A stretch of DNA of 64,000 nucleotides from positions 32,001-96,000 of the forward strand of contig JBKHHD010000002.1 in assembly GCA_046539325.1 (NCBI GenBank), read 5' to 3'. This DNA comes from Candidatus Aenigmatarchaeota archaeon (lineage in GTDB: Archaea; Aenigmatarchaeota; Aenigmatarchaeia; PWEA01). Both the position numbers and the translations under genes were made by a program. Positions 10,460 through 20,382 of the stretch are shown one piece after another; position 1 is the stretch's first letter, and each line of letters begins with the position of its first letter. The notes under the pieces were generated by a model. It was not told where the DNA came from. It searched no databases and saw only the letters and a list, made by a program, of their open reading frames with translations.

Positions 10460-11251
10460 CTAGACGGCCATGGCAACCGTAAACATGTTCCTTGCGGCTA
10501 GGGAGAGACCAAGTCCAAGGACAACTATCTTCAGCCAGTTCAGAAGCTCCACGTCCTCTACGACGTCGTCAAGAAGGTAAAGAACCGGCCATACGACAGC
10601 TATCTTCAAAGGGATCATTACCCAGGCACCTGTTGCGTCTATAAGGATATCAGGGAGAACATGTTTCTCCGTGTAGCCGAAGACGGTTATAGCTATGAAG
10701 GTCGAGGTACCGTCCATAAGGTGCCCGGAAAGTATGTGGTGGTTGATTCTGGTGAGGTATTCAGGGCAGAGCTTCGTGACCACGTAAAGGACGGCGGAAA
10801 GTGCACCGGCTATTCCGAGGACGTATACGAAGACCATGTAGTTCGGAAAGCCTATATTCGCGGCCGAGAAAAGACAAGCGAGGAAGGGAATTCCCCCAAA
10901 GATCCACATCCACTTAACGTAGGAAATACTGTATCTGTCCTCGAGGTACTGTGAAAGGAGGACTGTGGGTACCGTATACGCAGCTATGAGAAGGTGTATC
11001 CCAGGAGTGTTGAACCAGAAACCTGTAAATATCTCCGCATCACCCTGTCCCAGAGACCTCAAAATACCTCCGAGGAGAAGGTAAGGGACCATGGCCAGCA
11101 CAAAGCTCTTGTCTATATCCGTTCTTATTTTCTTGAGGAAGAAGCGGTGTATCAGATATATAGCAACTACGAGCAGAAGGGCGTATGCCACCGTCTCAAC
11201 CGTGGTGTATCCCGAACCTGCAAAGTATGACGCGTAGATCTCCTCCAGCAT
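10460..11251 (-). CDS. DUF63 family membrane protein
   Basis: GYT.VET..YA, TPG, H.MDGTSTF, Y.EKHVL, LGL...RN. Confidence 0.8.
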   Translation of the reverse strand: MLEEIYASYFAGSGYTTVETVAYALLLVVAIYLIHRFFLKKIRTDIDKSFVLAMVPYLLLGGILRSLGQGDAEIFTGFWFNTPGIHLLIAAYTVPTVLLSQYLEDRYSISYVKWMWIFGGIPFLACLFSAANIGFPNYMVFVYVLGIAGALSAVLYVVTKLCPEYLTRINHHILSGHLMDGTSTFIAITVFGYTEKHVLPDILIDATGAWVMIPLKIAVVWPVLYLLDDVVEDVELLNWLKIVVLGLGLSLAARNMFTVAMAV

Positions 11252-11787
11252 TACCAGGGGACCTCCTTTATACCCAGATAGTATGCGAGAAGGTTAAAAA
11301 AGTAGTGCACTGCTGGAGTTATGAAAACTATTAAAGCAGCGGACATGTAGGTCATGTCCGAGAGGACGAGTGCAACGGGCAAAGAGAATACCAGGAAGTC
11401 CAGCTGATCCACAAGAGGAATACTTGTTCCCCTCTCAGTTCCTGCTCTTCTCTTAAAGAAGGACGCGACCATATCGCCGAGCATAGCAGAAAGCGAGAGT
11501 ACGAAGGCGAGGGTTGCCGTCATGTATGGCGTCGAAAAGCCAAAGCCCGTGGTAATCTGGTTGAACTGTGGCCACAGAAGGATCTGGACGAGGCCTATGA
11601 AGACACCGGAAGCTATGGCAAATAAGAACCCTTCCCAAGTCTTTCCGCCACCAAGAAGGTCATTTCCACGGAACTCCTTGCCGAAGTCCATTCTATGTCC
11701 TCCACCGAAAACAGGCGCTCCGCCGTTGGCTATGTAGGCAGGAAGTATAATCCATAGCCCCTGGATCAATGCATGTAGCCAGCTCAT
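11251..11787 (-). CDS. carS: CDP-archaeol synthase CarS
   Basis: PAYIAN, G.GKTWEG, GD...SFFKRR.G, DQLDF and C-terminal K.VPW. Confidence 0.92.
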   Translation of the reverse strand: MSWLHALIQGLWIILPAYIANGGAPVFGGGHRMDFGKEFRGNDLLGGGKTWEGFLFAIASGVFIGLVQILLWPQFNQITTGFGFSTPYMTATLAFVLSLSAMLGDMVASFFKRRAGTERGTSIPLVDQLDFLVFSLPVALVLSDMTYMSAALIVFITPAVHYFFNLLAYYLGIKEVPW

Positions 11788-11882
11788 AGTCCCTATACTT
11801 ATAACCAGATGGTTTATAAAAATGCTGACTCTATGCTCAATTTTTTATGTTCAGAAGACAAAGAAAGTTCTGGGGTGATTTT

Positions 11883-12386
11883 ATCTCAGAAACAGACAAG
11901 AATCTCGACAACGCGTTTGGAGGCGAGTCCCGGGCAAGGAGCAAATACCTGCTGTACGCTGAAAGGGCCGAGGAGGAAGGTTTAGAACAGATAGCCAAGC
12001 TCTTCAGAGCAGTAGCCAAGGCAGAGGCAATACACATAGGCAATCACGCAGAGGCTATGGACAAGGTCAAAGAGACAGTGAACAATCTCCAGGACGCGAT
12101 AGAGGGAGAGAAGTATGAAAACAGCGAGATGTATCCAAAGTTCTTAGAGAAAGCCAGAGAAGAAGGCGAAAAGAACGCTGCAAGAAGCTTCCGCTGGGCA
12201 AAGGAAGTAGAGGAAGTCCATGAAGAGCTTTACAAGAAGGCCAAGAAGAAAGCAGAAGAAGGCAAGGATATGGAAGAGAAGAAAATCTTCATCTGTGGAG
12301 GCTGTGGCTACACGACCATGGATGAAGCTCCTGATGTGTGTCCGGTCTGCGGCGCTCCTAAGAAGATGTTTGAAGAAGTGGAGTAG
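11883..12386 (+). CDS. rbr: Rubrerythrin (probable ATC start at 11883; upstream ATG at 11847)
   Basis: AFGGES.A, EAIH, GE.YE..MYP, E..H and C-terminal CxxCG...CPVCGA rubredoxin motif. Confidence 0.92.
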   Translation: MSETDKNLDNAFGGESRARSKYLLYAERAEEEGLEQIAKLFRAVAKAEAIHIGNHAEAMDKVKETVNNLQDAIEGEKYENSEMYPKFLEKAREEGEKNAARSFRWAKEVEEVHEELYKKAKKKAEEGKDMEEKKIFICGGCGYTTMDEAPDVCPVCGAPKKMFEEVE

Positions 12387-12434
12387 GCTTCAAAATTTTA
12401 AAAAGGACTGAAAGGTCCAGAAGGGGGTGAAAAT

Positions 12435-12794
12435 ATGGAATGTGAGGAGGACTTATTTTGTGGTGTGAACTATGCTGATAAAGAGCCAGATGAAATGGAC
12501 GCTCTTGAGAAAAAGCATACGCCCGTTGTTGAAGTCGAGGAACTAGACGGCAATAGATATAGAGTTACTGTTAAGGTCGGCGAATACAAAGACCATCCAA
12601 ACGAGCACAACCATTTTATAGAGTCTATAGAGCTTTACTCCGGAAGAACATTTCTAGGGAGAGCTACATTTGCCTCGGCAAGGTCCAATCCGGAAGCGAC
12701 CTTTGAGGTAAAGTTAGACCATAAACATCCGTTTGTGGCCTTTGCACGGTGCAATATGCACGGCACGTGGCGCTCCAGGGGGAAGGAGATCTGA
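12435..12794 (+). CDS. sor: Superoxide reductase (neelaredoxin/class II SORL)
   Basis: EKKH.P, HP...HFI, CN.HG.W iron ligands. Confidence 0.9.
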   Translation: MECEEDLFCGVNYADKEPDEMDALEKKHTPVVEVEELDGNRYRVTVKVGEYKDHPNEHNHFIESIELYSGRTFLGRATFASARSNPEATFEVKLDHKHPFVAFARCNMHGTWRSRGKEI

Positions 12795-12795
12795 T

Positions 12796-13173
12796 ATGGA
12801 AGAAAAGATTTACTCTATACAGAAGCACGACGCTTCGCAGCTTCACTACGACCTGCGGCTGGAGAAGGACGGCGTGCTGAAGAGCTGGGCCGTTCCGAAG
12901 GAGCCGCCCGAAGAAGAAGGGACTAAGAGACTAGCGATACAGGTGGAGGACCACGAGCTTGACTACGCCTTCTTTGAAGGTCAAATAGAGGAAGGAAACT
13001 ACGGCGCAGGGGAGGTGGAGGTCTGGGATAGGGGTAGCTACGAAGAAGTGAGCTGGAAGGAAAACAAGATAGTTTTTGAGATAAAGGGTGAAAAGCTGAG
13101 TGGGGAGTACGTCCTGGTGCGCTTTAAACCGGAGGAAGAGCCGGACAAGTGGCTGTTCTTCAAAAAAGGCTGA
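12796..13173 (+). CDS. Stand-alone LigD 3'-phosphoesterase domain protein
   Basis: [47 protein letters not shown]. Confidence 0.9.
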   Translation: MEEKIYSIQKHDASQLHYDLRLEKDGVLKSWAVPKEPPEEEGTKRLAIQVEDHELDYAFFEGQIEEGNYGAGEVEVWDRGSYEEVSWKENKIVFEIKGEKLSGEYVLVRFKPEEEPDKWLFFKKG

Positions 13174-13215
13174 GTTTGTTTATTTAAGTCTTTATGACTA
13201 ATTTCATCCTGGATT

Positions 13216-13524
13216 ATGTCAGATTCTGAAAAAGAGGAAATCGATTGTGGTGTAAGCCCTGGGTTTATAAAACATCTCTATGACTCACTTCTAGACCATG
13301 AGAAAAACAGAGGACCCCATAAGGTAGAAGAAGGACATGGAAACTCTCTGGACAAGGTTATTATGGGCGAGAGGTTCGTTACCGACAGTTTTTTTGAGTA
13401 CAGAAACAAGAGGCTAGTCATAGAAAAGGAAGGTGGCTCTGACTATGAACTTCCAGGAAACTATGTAATTGACGCTGAAAACAGTGAAACGGACAATATC
13501 TGGCTTCAGGAAGAAGGCCTTTGA
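13216..13524 (+). CDS. Hypothetical acidic protein
   Basis: 102-aa ORF downstream of a TTTAAG box; no family recognised. Confidence 0.5.
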   Translation: MSDSEKEEIDCGVSPGFIKHLYDSLLDHEKNRGPHKVEEGHGNSLDKVIMGERFVTDSFFEYRNKRLVIEKEGGSDYELPGNYVIDAENSETDNIWLQEEGL

Positions 13525-13572
13525 TCTGGATACGAGGAAAAGATTTATTTCTGCAGTATAATTCTTGAAACA

Positions 13573-13650
13573 GGGCCTGTGGTCTAGTCTGGACAGGACG
13601 GTTGGTTGCGGACCAACAGATCCTGGGTTCAAATCCCAGCAGGCCCGCCA
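13573..13650 (+). tRNA. tRNA-Arg(GCG), intronless, encoded CCA
   Basis: GGGCCTG/CAGGCCC acceptor; GTTGG-TTGCGGA-CCAAC anticodon arm; TTCAAAT T-loop. Confidence 0.95.
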
Positions 13651-14160
13651 TCAGCATATATTTCTTCCGTACTCCTCTAAGAGGCTTCTATTTACCTGTA
13701 TAGGCGCGTCGGCGCGGAGTGCCACCGCGACTGCGTCACTAGGTCTCGAGTCAAGCCTGTAGACAGTTTCTTCCCTCTCCAGGTAAAGGTCAGCTATGTA
13801 AGCGCCGTCCTGTAGGTCGTGGACCCTCGCCATAACAACCTCCACGTCGTATCCACGGAGAGCATCTACCATAAGGTCATGGCTTCCTGGTCTTTCCCAC
13901 AGCTCGTTGTTCAAACCGTACTGTATAGACCTCGCCTGATCAACGCCTATAGTCATAGTCAGAGCATCGCAGTTGTGCCTGAGTTCGAGGTTCTGATTTT
14001 GGAGAAATACATTAGCTTCAACAAACCCTTCGTTCTCCACTGGAATTTCCGGTACTTCGCTGTCAGAAGGGGAAATAAGGAGGAGAGCAAACGCTACAAT
14101 AGCAGCGATTGCAAGCATTGAAGGCTTGTTCTCGGTTATTTTTTCGTTATCGTCACTCAT
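13651..14160 (-). CDS. Bifunctional nuclease (DUF151) with N-terminal TM
   Basis: IG..QA.SI, RP.SHDL, DSRPSDAVAVALR..API. Confidence 0.85.
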   Translation of the reverse strand: MSDDNEKITENKPSMLAIAAIVAFALLLISPSDSEVPEIPVENEGFVEANVFLQNQNLELRHNCDALTMTIGVDQARSIQYGLNNELWERPGSHDLMVDALRGYDVEVVMARVHDLQDGAYIADLYLEREETVYRLDSRPSDAVAVALRADAPIQVNRSLLEEYGRNIC

Positions 14161-14653
14161 CTTGTTCCACGGGAACTATTATTCCTTTGAGGTCTTCGTG
14201 CTCGTCGCGTAAATACTTTTTGCCAGTGAGAGCACAGACGAGAGCATCGAACTCGTCCTCCGTGAGGTTCTCCGTCCTCCTGACCTGAAGATTGTCCTCC
14301 GAAGCTCTTGGAAATACCTCTATTATCTCGAAGCCGTCCACCGTCTTCAGTTTTTCTACGAGGGACTTGGCACGTCTTACGAGAACCTTCATTCCGGGAA
14401 AGTTAGGTGAAAGTACGTCGTAGCCCTTCTCCTTTAACTCTTCGTCACAGTCTCTGTACATGCCGTCCTCAGGGAAGCCAAGGGGCGCATCCAGAGCTAT
14501 AAGGTCCGGGTTAACACCCTTCACTACTTCAAGGATCTCCACATCCGTCTTAAGAACCTCCGTTCTCACAGAACAACCGTCCAGAAGACAGAACCCTGTG
14601 TCGTTTTCCTCTTTACCTGCAAGGTCCAGTCCCACGACCTTCATAGTTGTCAT
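14153..14653 (-). CDS. DUF429 family (RNase H-fold) protein
   Basis: GLDLAG, ALDAPL, R.CD..L, IEVFP, DALVCAL. Confidence 0.8.
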   Translation of the reverse strand: MTTMKVVGLDLAGKEENDTGFCLLDGCSVRTEVLKTDVEILEVVKGVNPDLIALDAPLGFPEDGMYRDCDEELKEKGYDVLSPNFPGMKVLVRRAKSLVEKLKTVDGFEIIEVFPRASEDNLQVRRTENLTEDEFDALVCALTGKKYLRDEHEDLKGIIVPVEQDE

Positions 14654-14664
14654 TTCTCCTTGAG

Positions 14665-15156
14665 CTAAATAAAGTATAGGTTTGCGAGGATTATTACTGT
14701 GACTGTGCAGAATATGATAGGTAGGAAAGGATACCTGTCTCCTTTACTGAGTATAGATCTGAGAACAAGAGAGAAGATCTTCAGAAGAAGGTAGAAAGCT
14801 AGAAGAGGTGTAAAGCTTAAGAGGGTTGAGACCGCTACAACAGCAGAGACGTCCATCTTAGCAAGTCTGAATACGAAGCCTGTCCTTCGCCAGGATAAAA
14901 GAACAAATGCACCTATCAGAATCCACTTACCTAAGAATAGCGGTGGGAAGGATCCTTCGACAAACTGAGGGTAAAAGTCCACTATGGCCATCACGCCTGA
15001 GAATATCAACCAGAAATGGAAGAACTCTTTCTGTGCCGCCGTCTTCTTGAGGTCACTTATCGAAGATACAGCGAGGGAGCCAAGAAGAAAGAGCATAGCA
15101 TATATTTGATAGGTGGTCAGTTCCAGCTGCAGTCCTTCCGCAAGCTCCGCTAACAT
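14665..15156 (-). CDS. Membrane protein, possibly prepilin peptidase (A24)-like
   Basis: 'SISDLKK', 'AKMD' and C-terminal 'YPFLP' resemble A24 motifs. Confidence 0.45.
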   Translation of the reverse strand: MLAELAEGLQLELTTYQIYAMLFLLGSLAVSSISDLKKTAAQKEFFHFWLIFSGVMAIVDFYPQFVEGSFPPLFLGKWILIGAFVLLSWRRTGFVFRLAKMDVSAVVAVSTLLSFTPLLAFYLLLKIFSLVLRSILSKGDRYPFLPIIFCTVTVIILANLYFI

Positions 15157-15231
15157 GTTTAGGTTTTGTGGCGGTCTGTATTTAAAATTTTCAGATAAAG
15201 AATTAAAAGATAGATACCCAATGATGATGCA

Positions 15232-16635
15232 ATGAAGAAGCTTCTTGGTCTGATCCTGGGGATAGCAGCGTTCATCGGGTTCTCGGAGACATCTTACGCG
15301 TATATCTCGGGATCAAATACTCGAGCTCATGTACTTATGAGTACCGGAGAAATAGTACTTTCTTCTATACTGTTATTTCTGGTAAACCTTTTGATAACGA
15401 TTATAGTTATCTCAGTTCTCGTAAAGATGTTTTGCAAATGGAACACCAAGAAAATTATAGTACTTTCTCTGACAACAGCTACTGGTTTCTTATTTTTTGA
15501 CCTTCTAACGTTTTTCTCATTGACGCGTTCCGGAATGGAAGGACATTCTATATCAATATTCTACCAGGTCTTCAGAACACTAATAGTTGTTGCAGTGGTT
15601 TACGGGTTAGAGAAGTTATATCTGAAGTTTACAGAAGACGGAGGAATAAAAAAGGCCTTGGTATTTGCAGTTTCAGCTGCATTTATCATTAACTCCGTAG
15701 CCTTCACTGGCCTATATTACTACGGGGGCATGGATACACTTCTTCCTGGTATACCTGAACCAAAAAATGGCAGGCGAGACAAATCAACAGCTACAACTGA
15801 AGATGTTCTTGTCATTGAAAACGAGGAAATCAGTCCTTCGCCGGTTAAAGCTAACGATGTCTTTGATTTTTCCTTCCATTTAACCAATATCAACAAAAGA
15901 GAAAAGGCAGAGAACGTTGAGGTCAGGTTATACGAGACAGATATGTGCGACCTGCATGACGACAGTGCTGAAGGATTAAGTGATGTTGTCATCTTTGAAG
16001 AGGCCACAAGAATGATAAAATGGAACTTGAAAGCGCCTAATGAAGATGAACTCGGTCTGATGGAGGATACTTGTTCGCTTGAATACTACGTTAAGTATGA
16101 TTTCGGGACCCAGGGCCATGCAGATCTCTACGCCATGGATGAAAATGTTTCCGAGGACGATGAAATCGCTCAGGTTTCTCCTTCAACAGAAAAAGGTAAG
16201 GGTCCATTGAAAATAGAGATTGAATTCGGTGGTCCACAACCTTTCAGAAAAGGAAGTACCATACCTTTCAAAGTAAGACTTAGAAACGTAGGCGAGGGTG
16301 TTGTAGAATACATAACACCAGAAGACTTGATTATTAACATAAGCTATGACGATGATGAAAACCAGATAAATGAAAACTATCTGTATCAAGAGGACGAATG
16401 GGAAACGGGCTGCAGGCTTCCAGTTGGCGAGGTAGATGAAAACATACCGTTTATCGATGACACAAGTCCTCCTATAGCCTGCAGATTATACTTTCATGAA
16501 GGAAACGAAGACAAGGACTACGGAACCTACTTCGAAGAGCCTCTGAGTGAATTCAACATAGAAGTAAGTGTAGAGAACTATACCTATAAGCTTACCAGTA
16601 AAAAATCTGTAGAAATTGAAACTTCTTCTAATTAG
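15232..16635 (+). CDS. Multi-TM protein with extracellular Ig/CARDB-like domains
   Basis: Signal plus about 4 TM, then acidic beta-rich domains ('F.F.LTN', 'VRLRNVGEG'); more AT-rich than neighbours. Confidence 0.55.
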   Translation: MKKLLGLILGIAAFIGFSETSYAYISGSNTRAHVLMSTGEIVLSSILLFLVNLLITIIVISVLVKMFCKWNTKKIIVLSLTTATGFLFFDLLTFFSLTRSGMEGHSISIFYQVFRTLIVVAVVYGLEKLYLKFTEDGGIKKALVFAVSAAFIINSVAFTGLYYYGGMDTLLPGIPEPKNGRRDKSTATTEDVLVIENEEISPSPVKANDVFDFSFHLTNINKREKAENVEVRLYETDMCDLHDDSAEGLSDVVIFEEATRMIKWNLKAPNEDELGLMEDTCSLEYYVKYDFGTQGHADLYAMDENVSEDDEIAQVSPSTEKGKGPLKIEIEFGGPQPFRKGSTIPFKVRLRNVGEGVVEYITPEDLIINISYDDDENQINENYLYQEDEWETGCRLPVGEVDENIPFIDDTSPPIACRLYFHEGNEDKDYGTYFEEPLSEFNIEVSVENYTYKLTSKKSVEIETSSN

Positions 16636-16727
16636 CAATTAACCCTATCAGGACTTGTTCTGGTTTCTATTTAAAATTTGAGACAGGACAGCATATTTTT
16701 AAGTTTGACTGGGTAAAAGGTTAGAAT

Positions 16728-18053
16728 ATGGTACTTGATAACCTTTCCGAGGGAATACAGAATGCAGTTGACAAGATCAGCGGCAAGAGTCTCGTGGACG
16801 AGGAAGTGATAAAGGAGGTGTGTAAGGACATACAACGCGCTCTGCTCCAGTCTGACGCAGACGTTGAGCTTGTCTTTGACCTCACGGAGTCGATAAAGAA
16901 GCGTGCTCTGAATGAAGAACCACCAGAAGGACTTACGGAGAAGGAGCACGTTGTAAACATTGTATACGAGGAGCTTGTGAAGTTTGTTGGTCAGGACGAG
17001 GCAAAGGTCTCTCTGGACAAAGGAAGGATACTTCTTATGGGTACCTTTGGCTCAGGAAAGACTACAACAAGCGGGAAGCTGGCGCGTTTTTACAAGAACC
17101 GTGGACTGAAGCCAGCCCTGGTTGCATGCGATACCTACAGGGAGGCAGCTTACGACCAGCTGAAGCAGATAGGCGACAGGCTTGACGTGCCTGTATACGG
17201 CGATCCGGATGAGGAGGATTCAGCTAGGGTTCTGAAGGACGCACTTGAAGAGATAGAGGAAGAGGTAGTTATCGTGGACTCCTCTGGAAGGGACGCGCTG
17301 AACGAAGATATGATAGAGGAGATAAGTACCCTAAATGATATACTGGAGCCAGACGAAAGGTTCATTGTAATTCCTGCTGACATGGGACAGCAGGCAGGAA
17401 AACAGGCTAGAAGATTTCAGGAGGAACTGGATATAACTGGCGTGGTGGTTACGAAGATGGACGGTACGGCCAAAGGTGGTGGCGCTCTTTCTGCATGTGC
17501 CGCTACAGGTGCAAGCGTGAAGTTCATAGGTACCGGAGAGGAGATGAAGGATCTGGAGAAGTACGATCCGGAGCGATTTGTCTCGCAGCTTATCGGCTAC
17601 GGTGACCTGGAGGGTCTTCTGGAGAGAGTCGATGAAGAAGAAGCGGCGGAGCAGGCCAAAAAGATGATGGAAGGTGAGTTTACGTTAGAGGACTTCCAGA
17701 GCCAGATGGAGCAGGTCCAGTCCATGGGCTCTCTGGACGAAGTTATGGGCAAGATTCCAGGGATAAGCAAATCAAAGCTTCCGGATGGGTTGATAGATAT
17801 GCAGGAGGAGAAGATGGAGCTATACAACTATATAATAGATTCTATGACGCCTGAAGAAAAGAAGGATCCCAAGGTCATAGGCTCTTCGAGGAAGAGGAGG
17901 ATAGCCAAAGGTTCCGGGACGGAGGTTGAGAACGTCTCCGAGCTCATCAAGCTGTACAGGCAGTCGAAGAAGGCCATGAAGATGTTCAAAGGCGGAAGAG
18001 GCGGAATGAAGGGTAATCTGAAAAAGATGATGAAGCAGTTCGGCGGATTCTGA
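16728..18053 (+). CDS. srp54: Signal recognition particle protein SRP54
   Basis: ALLQSD, GSGKTTT, DTYR.AA, DSSGR, TKMDGTAKGGGALS and Met-rich M domain. Confidence 0.97.
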   Translation: MVLDNLSEGIQNAVDKISGKSLVDEEVIKEVCKDIQRALLQSDADVELVFDLTESIKKRALNEEPPEGLTEKEHVVNIVYEELVKFVGQDEAKVSLDKGRILLMGTFGSGKTTTSGKLARFYKNRGLKPALVACDTYREAAYDQLKQIGDRLDVPVYGDPDEEDSARVLKDALEEIEEEVVIVDSSGRDALNEDMIEEISTLNDILEPDERFIVIPADMGQQAGKQARRFQEELDITGVVVTKMDGTAKGGGALSACAATGASVKFIGTGEEMKDLEKYDPERFVSQLIGYGDLEGLLERVDEEEAAEQAKKMMEGEFTLEDFQSQMEQVQSMGSLDEVMGKIPGISKSKLPDGLIDMQEEKMELYNYIIDSMTPEEKKDPKVIGSSRKRRIAKGSGTEVENVSELIKLYRQSKKAMKMFKGGRGGMKGNLKKMMKQFGGF

Positions 18054-18073
18054 TCCAGAGAAGTTTCTGTGTT

Positions 18074-18694
18074 CTAAAACGAAAGAGCTTCTAAAGGAAC
18101 AGTTTGACCTCCAGCAGATGCGGAAGACTCTATTCCTCCTAACCAGAAAAGCGGTATGAAAACAATTAAGACAACTACTAATCCCAGTAATACAGTACCT
18201 AATATAACTGAAGCCGCTGCTTTTCCGGTGCTCATTCCATGCATCTTCTCTATGCCCCTTGCTTCCGCATATATAATGTAGATAAAAACAAGAAGGTTTA
18301 AGATCGGTATCCATCCAAAAAGAGCATTTATAGCAGTCGGGTAGGAAACAGCTTCTGTAGTTTTCTGATACCCATCAAATCCAAACAGCTTTACAAAGAC
18401 ATGGATAAATCCTGACTGTAACAGTAAGCCAAGGGTCCCGCTGATCACGCCAACTAAAAGAAGGTAAAAAAGGCTTTCAAGCACTGATACACCCGGCATC
18501 GGTTTGGTCCCAATGCCAGCCATTATTTGAATCTCCTGTGAAACAAAGACAAGGAGTGATAGAACTATGCCGGATGTAACCGCGAATTTGATTGGATAAC
18601 TGTAGTTCCCTCTTTGTTCAACATCTTCGTAGAAGTCCACGGGACTTAAAACAATTTTCTTGGCCTGTTCAGCCCACTCCTTGAGCCAGTTCAT
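18074..18694 (-). CDS. Yip1-domain membrane protein
   Basis: 'LSP.DFY', H.FVKLFG..GY.KT, WIP, GI..MH.MS.GKA. Confidence 0.75.
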   Translation of the reverse strand: MNWLKEWAEQAKKIVLSPVDFYEDVEQRGNYSYPIKFAVTSGIVLSLLVFVSQEIQIMAGIGTKPMPGVSVLESLFYLLLVGVISGTLGLLLQSGFIHVFVKLFGFDGYQKTTEAVSYPTAINALFGWIPILNLLVFIYIIYAEARGIEKMHGMSTGKAAASVILGTVLLGLVVVLIVFIPLFWLGGIESSASAGGQTVPLEALSF

Positions 18695-18746
18695 AGTTGG
18701 TATTAGTAAAAAGAGATTTAAAAGCTTGGAGTCTTAGAGGTAAGCT

Positions 18747-19313
18747 ATGCGAATACTGTTGATAGGCGATATGCATATTCCGGAAGAAGCTGAGGAGATT
18801 CCAGACGAGTTCTTGGAAGAAGCAGAGAGCTGCGACCTTATAATATGTACAGGCGATTTGACAGAAAATATGGTTCTTGATGAGCTGTTTGAGAGGGCAA
18901 AGGTAAGAGCCGTCAAAGGAGAAAAGGACTACATAGATCTTCCTGAGCAAGACCTTGTGACTATAGAAGAAATGAAGTTCGGCGTTGTTCACGGTCATCA
19001 GATCGATGAAGTTATCGACAGCGAGAACGAGAAGATGGAGGACGAAAGAGATAGAAGCTGCGAGGCAAGTGAAGAAGAAGGCAAGGACAGCGACGGAAAA
19101 GGACATGCGGAAAAGCTCATGGAGTTCGCAGATCTGTTGAAGGCAAACGTTCTGGTTACAGGTCATACACACAAGCCTTTCAGAACAGAAAAGAGCGGAA
19201 CTGTCCTTCTAAACCCTGGAAGTGCTACAGGCGTTGGCGGCGGAAAAAGAACCTGTATGGTCGTTGAAGTGGAGGGCACGGATCTGAGGGAATGTGAAAT
19301 TCTTACAGCGTAA
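18747..19313 (+). CDS. YfcE/Vps29-family metallophosphoesterase
   Basis: GDMH, TGD, KGE.D, HGH, GHTH, NPGS; acidic insertion. Confidence 0.85.
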   Translation: MRILLIGDMHIPEEAEEIPDEFLEEAESCDLIICTGDLTENMVLDELFERAKVRAVKGEKDYIDLPEQDLVTIEEMKFGVVHGHQIDEVIDSENEKMEDERDRSCEASEEEGKDSDGKGHAEKLMEFADLLKANVLVTGHTHKPFRTEKSGTVLLNPGSATGVGGGKRTCMVVEVEGTDLRECEILTA

Positions 19314-19366
19314 CTGAGGACGAGAAACACTTTTATATTTTGCTCCAGAACTTAGTTTTGGTAGAG

Positions 19367-19984
19367 ATGTTGGAGAGATTAAAGAGGTTACTGTCCGGCC
19401 TTTTCGGCGACAAAAATCAGATAAAGCTTGGTATATACGGTCCACCGAACACAGGAAAGACTACACTCGCAAACAGAATTTCTGAGGAGTTCACAGGCGA
19501 AGAGATGGGTAGTGCTTCTGAAGTTCCGCATGAGACAAGGGCTGTCCAGAAGAAGGAGAAGGTGAACCTGCAGACGGATGGAAAAGAGATATCGATGAAC
19601 CTCCTGGACATGCCAGGTATTTCTACGAAGGTCGACTACAATGATTTCGTTGACCATGGAATAGATGAAGACGAAGCGAAGGTCAGGAGCAAAGAAGCAA
19701 CGAAAGGTGTAGTCGAAGCCATAAAGTGGTTGGACAAGGTCGACGCTGTTCTAGTTGTCTTTGATTCTACGGATGATCCTTATACGCAGGTCAATGTAAC
19801 CATTCTCGGAAATCTCGAGGCAAAGGACATCCCAATAATACTTGTAGCGAACAAAACAGACCTCGATGAGGCAGATCCAGAAAGCATACAGGACGCGTTC
19901 CCACAGTACAACTTCACGCAGATTTCTGCCAAGGAGAAGGACAACCTCGACGATCTGTACAAGGAGATAGTTGAAAACGTCTAA
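19367..19984 (+). CDS. oapA: Era-like GTP-binding protein (OapA)
   Basis: GIYGPPNTGKTTLAN, PHETR, DMPG, EATKGVVEAIKWL, DPYTQVN, NKTD. Confidence 0.85.
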   Translation: MLERLKRLLSGLFGDKNQIKLGIYGPPNTGKTTLANRISEEFTGEEMGSASEVPHETRAVQKKEKVNLQTDGKEISMNLLDMPGISTKVDYNDFVDHGIDEDEAKVRSKEATKGVVEAIKWLDKVDAVLVVFDSTDDPYTQVNVTILGNLEAKDIPIILVANKTDLDEADPESIQDAFPQYNFTQISAKEKDNLDDLYKEIVENV

Positions 19985-19994
19985 GGTGCTTTAG

Positions 19995-20378
19995 ATGGCC
20001 AAGAAAAAGAAGGAAAAGAAGGGTGGAGTAAAGATAGAGTTTCTTTCAAGGTTGAGGCTCCAGGAGAAGGCCTTTGAAGATAAGCTCGACATGATAATGG
20101 ACGGCGTCAAGGACGAAAACATCTTGGTTCTGGAAGAAGCTTTGAGTCCACAGGAAAAAACGCAGCTTATAGAGAAGTCGATGGAAGAGTGCGACGAAGA
20201 TTTTCCTGGCATAGAGTTCTCAGGATTCGATGCCAGGGAGAACTGGATTGAGAAAATTTTAGGTACTATAACAGGCAAACCTCAGAAGGACGGCCTGCTT
20301 ATCGTTGGTTCTTCCGACGTGATGGAGAAAGTGGAGGAAGACAAAGACGCTATTTCAATGATAGCCAAGCTGGAGTGA
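19995..20378 (+). CDS. oapB: DUF2073 protein (OapB)
   Basis: ILVLEE.LSP.E...LIE..M, F.GIE; second gene of the conserved oap triplet. Confidence 0.8.
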   Translation: MAKKKKEKKGGVKIEFLSRLRLQEKAFEDKLDMIMDGVKDENILVLEEALSPQEKTQLIEKSMEECDEDFPGIEFSGFDARENWIEKILGTITGKPQKDGLLIVGSSDVMEKVEEDKDAISMIAKLE

Positions 20379-20382
20379 TCTG

